Assembly (NCBI GenBank): GCA_025993875.1
Contig: JAMQHH010000005.1
Span: 8,183 to 72,182 of the forward strand
Direction of reading: 5' to 3'
Origin: Candidatus Dojkabacteria bacterium
Lineage (GTDB): Bacteria; Patescibacteriota; Dojkabacteria; J137
DNA length: 64,000 bases
Both the position numbers and the translations under genes were made by a program. The notes beneath the pieces were generated by a model. That model saw nothing but the letters and a program-made list of their open reading frames with translations. It searched no databases and was not told where the DNA came from. This document shows, in pieces, positions 37,132 through 47,528 of the stretch (positions within the stretch are counted from its first letter, which is position 1; the number at the start of each line of letters is the position of its first letter).

Positions 37132-38628
37132 TTAGGAAGCTTGTAACTTTTGGCTTAACATACCTTTAGATCTTAATTTACGATGATAAGTTATTCCAAA
37201 TCGATGAGTTTCGTCGCGTAATCTCTGAACTAAAAATAAGGCTTCCGAGCCTCTTGGTAAATAAATTCGCTTAAACATCCCTTTCGATAAATCCTCCCAA
37301 GTCTCGCTTGTAAACTGTAAATTAAGTTTAAAGATCTCCTCTTCTCTCTTTGCTAACCCGACTATCGGTATTTTATTCCCCAGTTCCAGCTGTCTTAGAA
37401 TTTTATACGCAGCACTAAGTTGACCTTTACCGCCATCTATAATAATTAAATCCGGGAACACACTAAAAGACTTGTCGGTGGACTTATCCATGTGGCTAAA
37501 TCTTCTCGAAAGTACTTCTTTTAACATACCAAAGTCGTCGGGCGAATCTTTTGATCTTATTCTAAATTTTCGATATAAATCCGGTCTGACTATACCATCT
37601 ACCATTACAGTCATTGCTCCTACAGAAAATTTTCCTTGAATATTACTTATGTCGTAACATTCAAATTTGAGACCTTTTTTAATGTTTAGATTTTCGGCAG
37701 GAAACCCAAGTTCTTTAACTAGCTCTTTAAGCCCATTATCCCTTTGCTGCTCTTTAATCTGATTTATATTTATATCATCAACAGAATTATCGAGTTTAAT
37801 ATTTTGTGTTATATATTTAATTTCGTTTATTCTATCTCTAATAGTTGCTGCCTGCTCAAAGTTTTTTACTTTAGAATATTTTTGCATCTCCTTTTGCAAC
37901 TTTACTACAATATTGTTTTTAAAGCCCATAAAAAACTTCTTTATATTATTAATATTTTCCATGTATGATTTTTTTGATTGCAAACTGGCACAAGGAGCAT
38001 TACATAAACCTAGATGAAAATATAGGCAGGGAATAGGATTATTTGTTTTAACTTGCAGTGGGCTTGCGCTTTTTTCTATAAGAATTCTATTACAAGAAAC
38101 GTAGGGAAAAACTTTCCGTAAGTTCTTTAAAATGTTTTTAAGAGGAACAGTATCTAAATATGGTCCGAAGTAAACTGCGTTTTTATCACCTTTTTCGGTA
38201 TCCCTAACAATTTTAATTCTTGGAAAATCTCGTTTACCCTTTAACTGCTTTTCAAATTTAACCCAGCTGTAGGTTTTATCGTCCCTCATTAAAATATTGT
38301 ATTTGGGATGATATTTTTTTATTAAGTTTGTTTCTAAAATTAATGCTTCTACCTCCGAATCTACTTCTAAAAATTCAACACTATCGATATTTGTAACAAG
38401 AGCTTGTGTTTTTAAATCCGATAGGCTGAAATTGGCAAAATAGCTTTTTACCCTGTTTTTAATATTTTTAGCCTTTCCGACATAAATAATTTTTCCCGAC
38501 TTATCTTTATAGATGTAGCATCCCGGGGATTTTGGGGCATTTTCAATTTTTTTTAATAATATGCTTTTCTGTTCGGGCGCTTTTTTTTTCATACTAAAGC
38601 AATTATCGCACAAGCAAAACAAAAACAC
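37132..38628 (-). CDS. uvrC: Excinuclease ABC subunit C (UvrC), short form without obvious C-terminal (HhH)2 domain
   Basis: N-terminal GIY-YIG (GCYIYKDKSGKIIYVGKAKNIKNRV), a central Cys-containing region and an RNase H-like endonuclease region (ETHRFGITYHR). The true start is probably the internal MKKKAPEQ. Confidence 0.85.
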   Translation of the reverse strand: MFLFCLCDNCFSMKKKAPEQKSILLKKIENAPKSPGCYIYKDKSGKIIYVGKAKNIKNRVKSYFANFSLSDLKTQALVTNIDSVEFLEVDSEVEALILETNLIKKYHPKYNILMRDDKTYSWVKFEKQLKGKRDFPRIKIVRDTEKGDKNAVYFGPYLDTVPLKNILKNLRKVFPYVSCNRILIEKSASPLQVKTNNPIPCLYFHLGLCNAPCASLQSKKSYMENINNIKKFFMGFKNNIVVKLQKEMQKYSKVKNFEQAATIRDRINEIKYITQNIKLDNSVDDININQIKEQQRDNGLKELVKELGFPAENLNIKKGLKFECYDISNIQGKFSVGAMTVMVDGIVRPDLYRKFRIRSKDSPDDFGMLKEVLSRRFSHMDKSTDKSFSVFPDLIIIDGGKGQLSAAYKILRQLELGNKIPIVGLAKREEEIFKLNLQFTSETWEDLSKGMFKRIYLPRGSEALFLVQRLRDETHRFGITYHRKLRSKGMLSQKLQAS

Positions 38629-38641
38629 ATGGTATAATTAT

Positions 38642-39625
38642 CCAATGGACTATTCACTTGTTGAGCAAGGCAGAAATATATCCGATCGAATTGGTAATTT
38701 CGAAGGTACCCTAAACAGAGCTTCGCCCGAAATTTCTAAACAGCTAAATTCCCTAAATTTTTGGAGTAATTTGATCGATGCCGGTGTTAGCATCTCTGCC
38801 AACATAATGCCATCGGCCATTGGAGGTTATTACGATGCAGCTAAAAAAGCTATTGTAATTAATTCTATTGCGTTGTTAAGATCCTCTCCCGAAATGATTT
38901 TACACATTTTAATACACGAAGGGCTGCATGCAGGAGTTATCAGTTTTCCTTTGGAGGAAGGTAAAATTACAACTCCCCAGGTAGAAGATGAAGCAGCAAC
39001 AGATTCCCTTACGCTTTTAATATTAGAAAAGTTTTTTAACATTACAAAAACCTCTTCCGGATATGCTCAACTTGTACATGATCTAAAAAGGCTCTTACCC
39101 GAAAATAAAGCAGATCCGCTTATAACAATTTATAACAGAGATTTTGCAGGAGAACTCGATTCTAGTGCTGCACCGGATGCGGTTATAAAAGTTATCGAAA
39201 TACTTGTGGTGGATCCGTTTTACGAACAAAATAAAATAAATCCCTTAAAAATGGTAGATCTTATGGAATTTTTTATCTTTCGGCTTAATGATTTAGCAAA
39301 ACTTTTCCCAAGGCTTTTTAATTTGGCTTTTAACAAAAATGCGGATGTTCACGATAGCTGTAGGGTTTCCAAAAAAGAATTTGAAGAAAGATTTAGTGAT
39401 GACATGTTTAAACATTTGGCAAAGAGAATTTTACAAGATGGTTTATTACTGGAGCAAATCTTCGATACTTTAATTTCTAAGGAAACTCGCAGCTCGTACA
39501 CCCAAAAACATCTTGTGAGCTTGCTAAAAGCCGAGGGGTTTGCATTTTTAGCAGATTTTGGAGAAGAGTTACTCTTATCTCATCTTAAAAAATATGTTAA
39601 TACAAAGAGAGTTTTTGCAGAATAA
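38642..39625 (+). CDS. Hypothetical protein with HExxH zinc-metallopeptidase-like motif
   Basis: ILHILIHEGLHAG contains HEGLH. Start chosen at the internal MDYSLVEQ to avoid overlap with the uvrC start. No second defining motif seen. Confidence 0.4.
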   Translation, partial: PMDYSLVEQGRNISDRIGNFEGTLNRASPEISKQLNSLNFWSNLIDAGVSISANIMPSAIGGYYDAAKKAIVINSIALLRSSPEMILHILIHEGLHAGVISFPLEEGKITTPQVEDEAATDSLTLLILEKFFNITKTSSGYAQLVHDLKRLLPENKADPLITIYNRDFAGELDSSAAPDAVIKVIEILVVDPFYEQNKINPLKMVDLMEFFIFRLNDLAKLFPRLFNLAFNKNADVHDSCRVSKKEFEERFSDDMFKHLAKRILQDGLLLEQIFDTLISKETRSSYTQKHLVSLLKAEGFAFLADFGEELLLSHLKKYVNTKRVFAE

Positions 39626-39672
39626 ATTATTCCAAATCGTTTTATAGTTCGGATGTTTCGCTGTGGCAGAAC

Positions 39673-40221
39673 TTGAACTTTACACGTTGTTGGAGTAAAA
39701 TTTGCACATTAATTTTAGTGCTATTAAAAATGAGTAACATACCAGAGACCGGCATTAAAACAAAGTCCCCGGTTAATCAGATTGTAGACCTAGTATTCAA
39801 TCCTAATGCTACCGCAGATTATGTAGTTAATGCGATTGAAAATATGGTTAATCAAGAAAATGATTTGCAGGAAATTTTTAACAATGTTAAATCTAAGGTA
39901 CAAAACTTACAATCTGAGCCAGAGCTTAACCAAGTGCAGAGAGACATTGTAAATGCTTTTATAAAAACGGCAATGTATGCTTTATGTATGGCTTATCCTA
40001 CAGCTGTTTCCATTGACCATAAAAATCCCGCATACTTTGTACTAGCATTAGTTTTTTTGATAGTAATGGAAGTGGTAGCAAAAAAAGTTAAAACAAAAGA
40101 AGATAGAAATTTGAGTCAAAAACTCAACGATATTTACCAGAAACTATTAAAAATGTATCCAGATCTAAATCCAGATAAACAAGATGCCGAGGGGGGTACT
40201 CTCAGCCAATTAGAATTATAA
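39673..40221 (+). CDS. Hypothetical protein (182 aa) with one central hydrophobic helix
   Basis: ORF only. Confidence 0.3.
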   Translation: MNFTRCWSKICTLILVLLKMSNIPETGIKTKSPVNQIVDLVFNPNATADYVVNAIENMVNQENDLQEIFNNVKSKVQNLQSEPELNQVQRDIVNAFIKTAMYALCMAYPTAVSIDHKNPAYFVLALVFLIVMEVVAKKVKTKEDRNLSQKLNDIYQKLLKMYPDLNPDKQDAEGGTLSQLEL

Positions 40222-40340
40222 GGAATTAATAAATATTCTAATTTGTAGCAAAACTGCTGCTATTAGTAGACAACACTAAGATTCTCTTGAGATTTTTAAT
40301 CAAGCTAATTAAAATGTTAAATATTTTATAATTTTGATAA

Positions 40341-40790
40341 ATGACACTAGGACAAATCTCCGGGTTATCAGATGCAGATTTACAACTAAGTTTATCTAAG
40401 AGAATTGAAGTACAGATAGGGAGTCTTTCCAAACGATATAAAGAACTCAGAAATTTATTTATGCAACCTACCGAAAAAGGCGGTGGAGTGCAAATTCAAA
40501 ACCATACTGCTTTTATTAACGATCTTATAGAGCTTTTTAGTGCAATTGAAGTTTTTTTTAACAATTCAGGGTCTTTACAACAAATAAAGCAACAGGTTCT
40601 TGCAGCTTTTAAATCTCCAGATAGCGAGTTAATTAACTTTTTACAAGCATTGAGTAAGTCAGTTAATATCCAAAAAAAAGGTCAAGAGGAAGGGTCTGCT
40701 TTATATCAATTAAGCTCCAAATGTGATGATGCAATAGATAAGTTTCGCAGTCTTTTAAACAGATTTTTTGAAAGACAACGGGAAAGCTGA
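40341..40790 (+). CDS. Hypothetical protein (149 aa)
   Basis: ORF only. Confidence 0.3.
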   Translation: MTLGQISGLSDADLQLSLSKRIEVQIGSLSKRYKELRNLFMQPTEKGGGVQIQNHTAFINDLIELFSAIEVFFNNSGSLQQIKQQVLAAFKSPDSELINFLQALSKSVNIQKKGQEEGSALYQLSSKCDDAIDKFRSLLNRFFERQRES

Positions 40791-40917
40791 TAAACATGAA
40801 TATTTTGATTCGGTGAATATTTCTGCATTCTTTTTTTAGGTTTTTTTTCAAATTTGCTTTACCAATAGAATTTTATTTAAAATGTAGTAAAATTTAGATA
40901 TATTTATAATAAAGTTT

Positions 40918-42048
40918 ATGGATCTTAAATCGGCTGTGGGTGTAGTTATCTCTTCCGCAATTTTTGCGTTTTTAATTGCTTTCCCAATTATTTGGTTATT
41001 ATACAAATTTAACATTACAAGAAGGATGAATATTGATTTTTCGAGCCTTATAGAAAAACGAAATTTAAAGATAGGGGTTCCAATTATGGGAGGGTTGATT
41101 ATTGTTGTAACAGTTTTTATCTTTAATATACTTTTCAACCCTGCCCGAGGTAATCTGGGTCTTTATTTGTTACTTCTTTTATTTGTTCTTTCTGCAGCTC
41201 TTGGCGGACTCGATGATCTTTTAAATATATATGGAGTCGAAAGATCAAAACCCAGGCCATTTGGTAGAATACTAAAACTTATAAAGGTTCATAAGAATTT
41301 TAGAAAAAGAGTTCAGCTCTTTTTACTTTTGCCTTGGAGCGCGTACAAAAGTTTTTTTTATATGCTTGGTTCTAATCCTGGAAAAGGGATTCAAGCTCAC
41401 GAAAAAATAATTGTCCAATCCATTATTGGACTTTCGCTTGGAATAGCTTTATATTTTTTTACGCCCTCATCTTTTCCCGAAATTGTACATATCCCATTAT
41501 TAAATGCTTATATAAATATAGGCTGGCTTTTAATTCCCTTTGCATGGATAGCAGTTGTTTTAATGTCTAACGCGGTAAATCTGGCCGATGGCATGGATGC
41601 ACTGGCTGCTTCGGAATTACTACTTGCCTTTTTTGCTTTTTTTGTAATATCTTTTATAGAAACCGATTCTAGATTTATTTTCTTAAATGCTTCTGTAATA
41701 GGTTCCCTTATTGCATATATATATTTTAATATTCCTCCTGCTAGGTTTCAGATGGGCGATGTAGGATCTTTGGCAATGGGTACACTGCTTACCGTTACAG
41801 CTTTTATGTTACAGCAGCCATTCCTATTACTCATTGTAGGGTTCCCGTTTGTTATTACCTTACTTTCTACAATTATTCAGGGTATTGGAAGAAGAATTTT
41901 GGGAATACGTATTTTTAGAATGGCGCCCATTCATTATCATTTTCAAATGGCAAAAGAATGGAGTGAAGAAAAAGTTGTTATGAGATTTATTTTGTTTAGT
42001 CTTGTTTGTTCCATTATCGGAATATTTGTATATCTTTTAAAACTTTAG
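40918..42048 (+). CDS. mraY: Phospho-N-acetylmuramoyl-pentapeptide transferase MraY (GT4 polyprenyl-phosphate sugar-phosphate transferase)
   Basis: KIGVPIMGGLIIV (the GTPTMGG block), NAVNLADGMDALAA (the N-x-x-N-x-x-D-G-x-D-G-L block), and a ten-helix hydropathy pattern. Confidence 0.8.
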   Translation: MDLKSAVGVVISSAIFAFLIAFPIIWLLYKFNITRRMNIDFSSLIEKRNLKIGVPIMGGLIIVVTVFIFNILFNPARGNLGLYLLLLLFVLSAALGGLDDLLNIYGVERSKPRPFGRILKLIKVHKNFRKRVQLFLLLPWSAYKSFFYMLGSNPGKGIQAHEKIIVQSIIGLSLGIALYFFTPSSFPEIVHIPLLNAYINIGWLLIPFAWIAVVLMSNAVNLADGMDALAASELLLAFFAFFVISFIETDSRFIFLNASVIGSLIAYIYFNIPPARFQMGDVGSLAMGTLLTVTAFMLQQPFLLLIVGFPFVITLLSTIIQGIGRRILGIRIFRMAPIHYHFQMAKEWSEEKVVMRFILFSLVCSIIGIFVYLLKL

Positions 42049-42049
42049 T

Positions 42050-43159
42050 ATGAAAAGCACTCCAATAGTAATTACTCCCAAATCGTTTTTATATGGTTTT
42101 GCTGCAGTTGCAGGAATATGGCTTGCATGGGAACTGCGAAGTGTTATTTTAATATTTTTTATTGCTTTTATTTTAAATGCTGCTTTGAGGCCGGTTATTG
42201 AGTTTGTTGAAAAAAGATTAAGGGTAAGTAGGGGTGTAGCTATATCATTAACTTATGTAATTCTTCTCTCTTGTATTCTTTTTCTTGGTTTTGTGGTTGT
42301 AGAATCTTTAGTTGCTCAAATAAGAATTTTTGCTTTAAACACTCTGCCAGAACTTCCTAAAATATTAAACCAGGTAGCTAAAGACTTTCCCTTTCTTAAG
42401 AGCTTTTTAGATTTAACAAGTATTTCTACGGATCTTAATGCAATAGATAACCTCTCAAAAGTTAATTCCGGTGAAATTGTAAGTATGCTTTTTCAGGCTG
42501 TAAGCACAATAGGAAGCCAGGGACTTGCACTGGTATGGAAAAGTATTGGAGGAGTATTTACAATTTTTATTATTGTAGTTGTATCTATTTATATGGTAAA
42601 GGGAAGGCACAATTTTCATGAGGGGATTTGGGAATTATTACCAAAAAAGTTTGCAGTGATAATAAGAACTTTACTTGGAAGAATCGAAAAAAGCTTAGGC
42701 TCGTGGTTACTTGGACAACTAACTCTTATGCTTATTATTGGGGCAGCTTCTTATCTTATTGTTTTACTGCCTGGTATTTTTGATCCAAATTACAGGCTGG
42801 ACGATTTTGCTTTAATAATCGGAATTATTGCTGGGCTTTTGGAGGGTTTACCCAATCTAGGCCCTACTATAACACTGGTTTTAGCATTAATTATAGCGTT
42901 ACTTAGTGGTGGTGGGGTAATGCCGGTTTTCTATATTCTTTTTTCGTTTACTATTCTTCAACAGCTGGAAGGACTTTTTATTGTTCCTCAGGTAATGCAA
43001 AAGGCAGTAGATTTGCACCCTATTATAAGTATCCTAGCTGTCCTGGCCGGATTTAACCTTGGTGGCCCTATGGGTGCTCTTTTGGCTGTGCCTGTAGTAG
43101 GCGCATTACAAATTATTGTATTAGAGTTTCTTAAACACTGGAAAGAGACATTGGATTAA
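42050..43159 (+). CDS. AI-2E family transporter (PerM/YhhT-like)
   Basis: Eight-helix topology with the typical long central loop; 369 aa. Family resemblance only. Confidence 0.65.
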   Translation: MKSTPIVITPKSFLYGFAAVAGIWLAWELRSVILIFFIAFILNAALRPVIEFVEKRLRVSRGVAISLTYVILLSCILFLGFVVVESLVAQIRIFALNTLPELPKILNQVAKDFPFLKSFLDLTSISTDLNAIDNLSKVNSGEIVSMLFQAVSTIGSQGLALVWKSIGGVFTIFIIVVVSIYMVKGRHNFHEGIWELLPKKFAVIIRTLLGRIEKSLGSWLLGQLTLMLIIGAASYLIVLLPGIFDPNYRLDDFALIIGIIAGLLEGLPNLGPTITLVLALIIALLSGGGVMPVFYILFSFTILQQLEGLFIVPQVMQKAVDLHPIISILAVLAGFNLGGPMGALLAVPVVGALQIIVLEFLKHWKETLD

Positions 43160-43388
43160 GGATAATGGTATAAATTAAGAATTCCAGGTGCTTATTCCCT
43201 TTTAGTTGGGTAACACATTTGTAGCTAAATGTAGCTCTTTAAATTCTCTCAGAGGCATATCTCTCTGGTAAAGTGTCGGGAAAGACAGTCGTATCACCAC
43301 AAAAAGTGTTGTCTTGAGCTCCGAGCTTTGCGAGGAGCCGAATGGCACCCTTCTCCTAATAAACTCTGAGCTTAGAGTTTATGCTTTC

Positions 43389-46300
43389 CTAACTGCATCC
43401 TGTTGTTGTACCACAATCCATGCAAACTGCACAGCTTCCACTTTTTTTAACGTTCATACTGCCACAGCTTGAGCAAATATCCCCTGTATATCCCATCGAT
43501 TTTGCTTTAGAGATTTTATCGGAAAGAGTTTCCTCTTCCATCGAAAAATCATTTTGTGTAATAACTTCTTCCAGCTTAAGTTGGCTTGGCTCAACGTTGA
43601 TATTTTGAGACGCTGTTTCTAAATTTTGATTACTTTTTGGGGTATAATAATTTCCTTTAATCTCTGTGTAGCCTTTACCATTTATGTAAGGGATTAGTAA
43701 ACGAGATTTTGTACCTTCTCTATAGGATCTCTCTACTAGTTCCTCGTTATGATATTGTTTTGCTGTTTCTATATCTAAAAATTTTAGAGCAAGCCACCTG
43801 GATATGTAATCAATTATAGATTTAACCATAGGAATTTCCCTGTTTGATGTTAACCCGCTCGGCTCGAATTTTAAATTTACGAATTTTTTAATTAAAGCTT
43901 CTAACGGTACACCATATTGCATGTTAAGTGAAAGAGAGATGGCAAAAGCATTCATTATCCCCGATAAAAAGCTTCCCGCATTACTCATTGTTATAAATAT
44001 TTCGCCGGGGTTTCCATCTTCGTATAACCCTACTGTTAAAAATCCCTCATGACCTGCCACTGCAAATTTATGGGTAATACTATGTCTTTCATCCCCTAAT
44101 TTTCTTCTTTTAGGCCTGTTTTCAAGTTCTTTATTGATAACCTCCTGAAGTTTAATTGTATCGATAGTAATTTGCTCTCCTTCTTCCTCCGAAAAATTAA
44201 ATAGTTTAGAATAGCTGCTATCCGAACCTCCTGTGGTTAAAGGTTGAGACAACTTTGACCCGTCTCTGTAAAGAGCATTAGCCTTTAACATAAGTTTCCA
44301 TCCATCCAAATAAGTTTCGGAGATCTCTTTTAAGCTTGCTTCTTCGGGGAGATTTACAGTCTTACTTATTGCACCCGATAAAAAAGCCTGAGCTGCCGAC
44401 ATTATTTTTAAATGACCCGTTGTACCAATATATCGCTGACCTTTTTTCCCGCACTTGTTTGCACAGTCAAAAACAGCGTAGTGCTCTATTTTTAAAAAAG
44501 GTGCACCTTCTATTGTCATGGTACCGCACACATACTCTTCCGCTTTTTCTATTTGAGACTCGGTAAAACCAATAGCTTTTAATAAATCGAATTTTGGGTT
44601 TGCCAAGTTTTCAGCGGAAATTTTTAATGTGTTTTTTATAAAATCTTCTCCTAAAATCCACTTACTAAAAACACTACGCAAATCAAAAGCTGTTTGCAGC
44701 CTTCCTTCAATTAAAAATAAAATTTCATCAGTAAACCCTTTATCTTTAAGGGTTAAATTATTTATAAATGGTGCACCATTTAATGTAGCATGCCCAACAA
44801 TATATTTTTCTATTCCGTCAATTTCGGCTGCAGTGTATCCAAATTGTTTTAATGCTGGTTTGACAGATTGATTAACCATCTTAAAGTATCCTCCCCCAAC
44901 AAGTTTTTTAAATTTAACAAGAGCAAAATCGGGTTCTACCCCTGTTGTATCAAAATCCATTAATAAACCAATCGTTCCGGTTGGAGCAATAACAGTTGTT
45001 TGTGCATTTCTGTATCCATACTTCTCACCAAGTCCTAAGGCAAAATCCCAGGATTCCGCTGCAATTTTTGCAAGTTCAAAATCGGGAATATTCGAAAGGT
45101 TAATTCCCATAGGTTTGATTGTAAGTCCTTCGTATTCGTTTCCCGATACATTGTATGCAGCTCGGCGGTGGTTTCTTATTACCTTAAGCATTGGATCTTT
45201 ATTATTCGAATACTTTGCAAAAGGTCCTTTAATTTTGGCCATTTCGGCGGAAGTTGCATAAGATTCCCCCCCCATAATGGCGGTAATTGCACCGGTTACA
45301 GCATAGGCTTTGTCGCTTTCGTAAGCAATCCCCTGCTGCATTAAAAGTGCCCCCAAATTTCCATACCCCAGGCCCAGTGTTCTAAAAAGATACGTTCTTT
45401 CGGCCACAGTTTTAGTAGGCAAATGTGCCATTAAAACAGAAATTTCTAAAACTATTGTCCACAACCTTGTTGCGTGCACAAATTTTTCTGTATCAAATTT
45501 TCCTGTGGCTGAGTTAAAAAATTTTAGTAAATTTAATGAAGCAAGGTTACAAGCTGTATCGTCTAAAAACATGTACTCGGAGCATGGATTACTGGCATTA
45601 ATTCGCCCATCGTTAGGGCATGTGTGCCACTCGTTTATTGTAGTATCGTATTGTATTCCGGGATCGGCCGACTCCCACGCCGATCTAACCACTTTATCCC
45701 ATAAATCACTTGCCTGTAACTTTTTAATAACTTTCCCGTTTGTCCTGGCGGTAAGTACCCACTCTTTATTCTCTTCCAGAGATTTAAAAAATTCATTTGT
45801 TACTCTAATAGAGTTATTTGAATTTTGACCACTTACTGTGCTGTATGCCTCGGATCTAAAATCTGTATCGTATTTTTCGAAGGTAAATTCATCTTCTTTT
45901 ATGCCGTTTTCTACAAGCATTAAAATTCTTTTTATATAATTTAGCGGGATGTGGGCATTTTTAGCATTTTTAATTGCTTTTTTTAGTTCGGGGTTTGATT
46001 CCGGATCAATACCATTTTCTATTGCCAGTTTAAGTATGGACTTTAAGTGTTCATAATTGGTATTTGATCCTGTTACAATTGCGGCAACTTTTCTCTCCTC
46101 TTTTGCTTTCCACTCAATAAAACTCTCGATTTCGGGGTGATCTATATCTAATGTAACCATTTTGGCTGCTCTTCTTGTTGTTCCTCCCGATTTAATTGCA
46201 CCGGCACCTGTATCGAAAATTTTTAGAAAGCTCATCAATCCAGAAGACTTGCCACCACCCGATAATGTTTCGCCTTCTCCCCTAAGAGCGGAAAAATTTG

Positions 46301-47015
46301 TTCCTGTTCCCGAACCATATTTAAAAATTCTTGCTTCTGTAGTTAATGTATCAAAAATTCCTCCTTCGTTTACTAAATCGTCTTTTATGGAAAGAATAAA
46401 GCATGCGTGTGCTTGCGTTCGGGTATATGCATCCGGCGAAAGCTTTAGCTCGCCGGTTTCGGGGTCGGCGTACCAATGTCCCTGAGGAGTACCGGTAATT
46501 CCATAAGCCCATTGCAACCCGGTATTAAACCACTGAGGACTATTAGGAGCTGCGATCTGAGTTATTAGCATGTAGGCAATTTCGTCCTCGAATGCATCGG
46601 CATCTTGTACCGAATCAAAATATCCGTATTTTTCTCCCCACCACCTCCATGCACCTGCAAGTCTGTTTACTGTTTGTTTTACAGATGTTTCCCCTCCATA
46701 TACCTGTTGCCCTTTTTCATCTTTTATTGGGTTACCTTCTGCGTCTTTTAAGGGAATTCCGGTTCTCCTAAAATATTTTTGAGCCAAAATATCTATTGCC
46801 ACCTGGCTCCATAATGCAGGAACTTCAATATCTTTCATTTCGAAAACAACAGAACCATCGGGGTTCGAAATTTTGGAAGTTGTTTTTACAAAAGTAATAC
46901 CATCAAATCTATCCTTCCCTTCTTTTGTAAAAACTCTTTTTATTTTTAATCCTGCTGTACCAATATTATTTTTTTCTCTCTCTTCTATCTTTTCTTTGCT
47001 TATTAAAGTCTGCAT
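43389..47015 (-). CDS. nrdJ: Adenosylcobalamin-dependent (class II) ribonucleotide reductase NrdJ, long form with C-terminal Cys-rich zinc ribbon
   Basis: Active-site block SNPCSEYMFLDDTACNLASLNL (the NPCGE...CNLGSINL pattern), a thiyl-radical Cys region, and the C-terminal CSSCGSMNVKKSGSCAVCMDCGTTTGC; 1208 aa. Confidence 0.85.
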   Translation of the reverse strand: MQTLISKEKIEEREKNNIGTAGLKIKRVFTKEGKDRFDGITFVKTTSKISNPDGSVVFEMKDIEVPALWSQVAIDILAQKYFRRTGIPLKDAEGNPIKDEKGQQVYGGETSVKQTVNRLAGAWRWWGEKYGYFDSVQDADAFEDEIAYMLITQIAAPNSPQWFNTGLQWAYGITGTPQGHWYADPETGELKLSPDAYTRTQAHACFILSIKDDLVNEGGIFDTLTTEARIFKYGSGTGTNFSALRGEGETLSGGGKSSGLMSFLKIFDTGAGAIKSGGTTRRAAKMVTLDIDHPEIESFIEWKAKEERKVAAIVTGSNTNYEHLKSILKLAIENGIDPESNPELKKAIKNAKNAHIPLNYIKRILMLVENGIKEDEFTFEKYDTDFRSEAYSTVSGQNSNNSIRVTNEFFKSLEENKEWVLTARTNGKVIKKLQASDLWDKVVRSAWESADPGIQYDTTINEWHTCPNDGRINASNPCSEYMFLDDTACNLASLNLLKFFNSATGKFDTEKFVHATRLWTIVLEISVLMAHLPTKTVAERTYLFRTLGLGYGNLGALLMQQGIAYESDKAYAVTGAITAIMGGESYATSAEMAKIKGPFAKYSNNKDPMLKVIRNHRRAAYNVSGNEYEGLTIKPMGINLSNIPDFELAKIAAESWDFALGLGEKYGYRNAQTTVIAPTGTIGLLMDFDTTGVEPDFALVKFKKLVGGGYFKMVNQSVKPALKQFGYTAAEIDGIEKYIVGHATLNGAPFINNLTLKDKGFTDEILFLIEGRLQTAFDLRSVFSKWILGEDFIKNTLKISAENLANPKFDLLKAIGFTESQIEKAEEYVCGTMTIEGAPFLKIEHYAVFDCANKCGKKGQRYIGTTGHLKIMSAAQAFLSGAISKTVNLPEEASLKEISETYLDGWKLMLKANALYRDGSKLSQPLTTGGSDSSYSKLFNFSEEEGEQITIDTIKLQEVINKELENRPKRRKLGDERHSITHKFAVAGHEGFLTVGLYEDGNPGEIFITMSNAGSFLSGIMNAFAISLSLNMQYGVPLEALIKKFVNLKFEPSGLTSNREIPMVKSIIDYISRWLALKFLDIETAKQYHNEELVERSYREGTKSRLLIPYINGKGYTEIKGNYYTPKSNQNLETASQNINVEPSQLKLEEVITQNDFSMEEETLSDKISKAKSMGYTGDICSSCGSMNVKKSGSCAVCMDCGTTTGCS

Positions 47016-47054
47016 AGTTAATAATTTAACATACTAGAATAAATTAAATTTTTG

Positions 47055-47528
47055 TTATACATTTTTCTTTTTTTTATTTTGAACCTGCTCCAGCCTCTTT
47101 AATTCTTTATGAATATCTTCCAAACACGAAAAATCTTTATAAACTGCCGCAAACAGCAATCCAGCCAGCTTATCGATTCGAGTTAATTTTGTTAAAACCT
47201 GGTCTCCTATTTCTTTTGTGCTAATTATTTGCTCCTCGGAACTTATAAGGTTTTGCTCAATTTCGTTGATTAACTGGTTAATTGATTCTTCGGAAATCTT
47301 TCTTTTTTTTACGGCTTTTAATATTCCAAGCCTTATTTTTTCTCTATTAAATTCTTCTACTCTTCCATCTCTTTTTTTTACGTTTAGCAAAACCTTTTCT
47401 ATTCTTTCGTAGGTAGTAAAGCGTTTATGACATTTCTCACACTCTCTTCGTCTTCTAGTACTGGTTTCGCTATTGTCTCGAGTTTCGGTAACGCGCAGAA
47501 TACTATGTTTACAAAATGGACAGATCAT
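47055..47528 (-). CDS. nrdR: Transcriptional repressor NrdR
   Basis: N-terminal zinc ribbon MICPFCKHSILRVTETR...CEKCHKRFTTYERIE followed by an ATP-cone; 157 aa; directly upstream of nrdJ. Confidence 0.9.
   Translation of the reverse strand: MICPFCKHSILRVTETRDNSETSTRRRRECEKCHKRFTTYERIEKVLLNVKKRDGRVEEFNREKIRLGILKAVKKRKISEESINQLINEIEQNLISSEEQIISTKEIGDQVLTKLTRIDKLAGLLFAAVYKDFSCLEDIHKELKRLEQVQNKKKKNV

Noticed and set aside
47016-47054. Cobalamin riboswitch associated with nrdJ
   Set aside because: The nrdR-nrdJ spacer is only ~40 nt, and B12 riboswitches usually repress B12-independent RNRs rather than NrdJ. The GC-rich structured segment at 43185-43350 lies downstream of nrdJ, not in its leader, and lacks an obvious B12-box.
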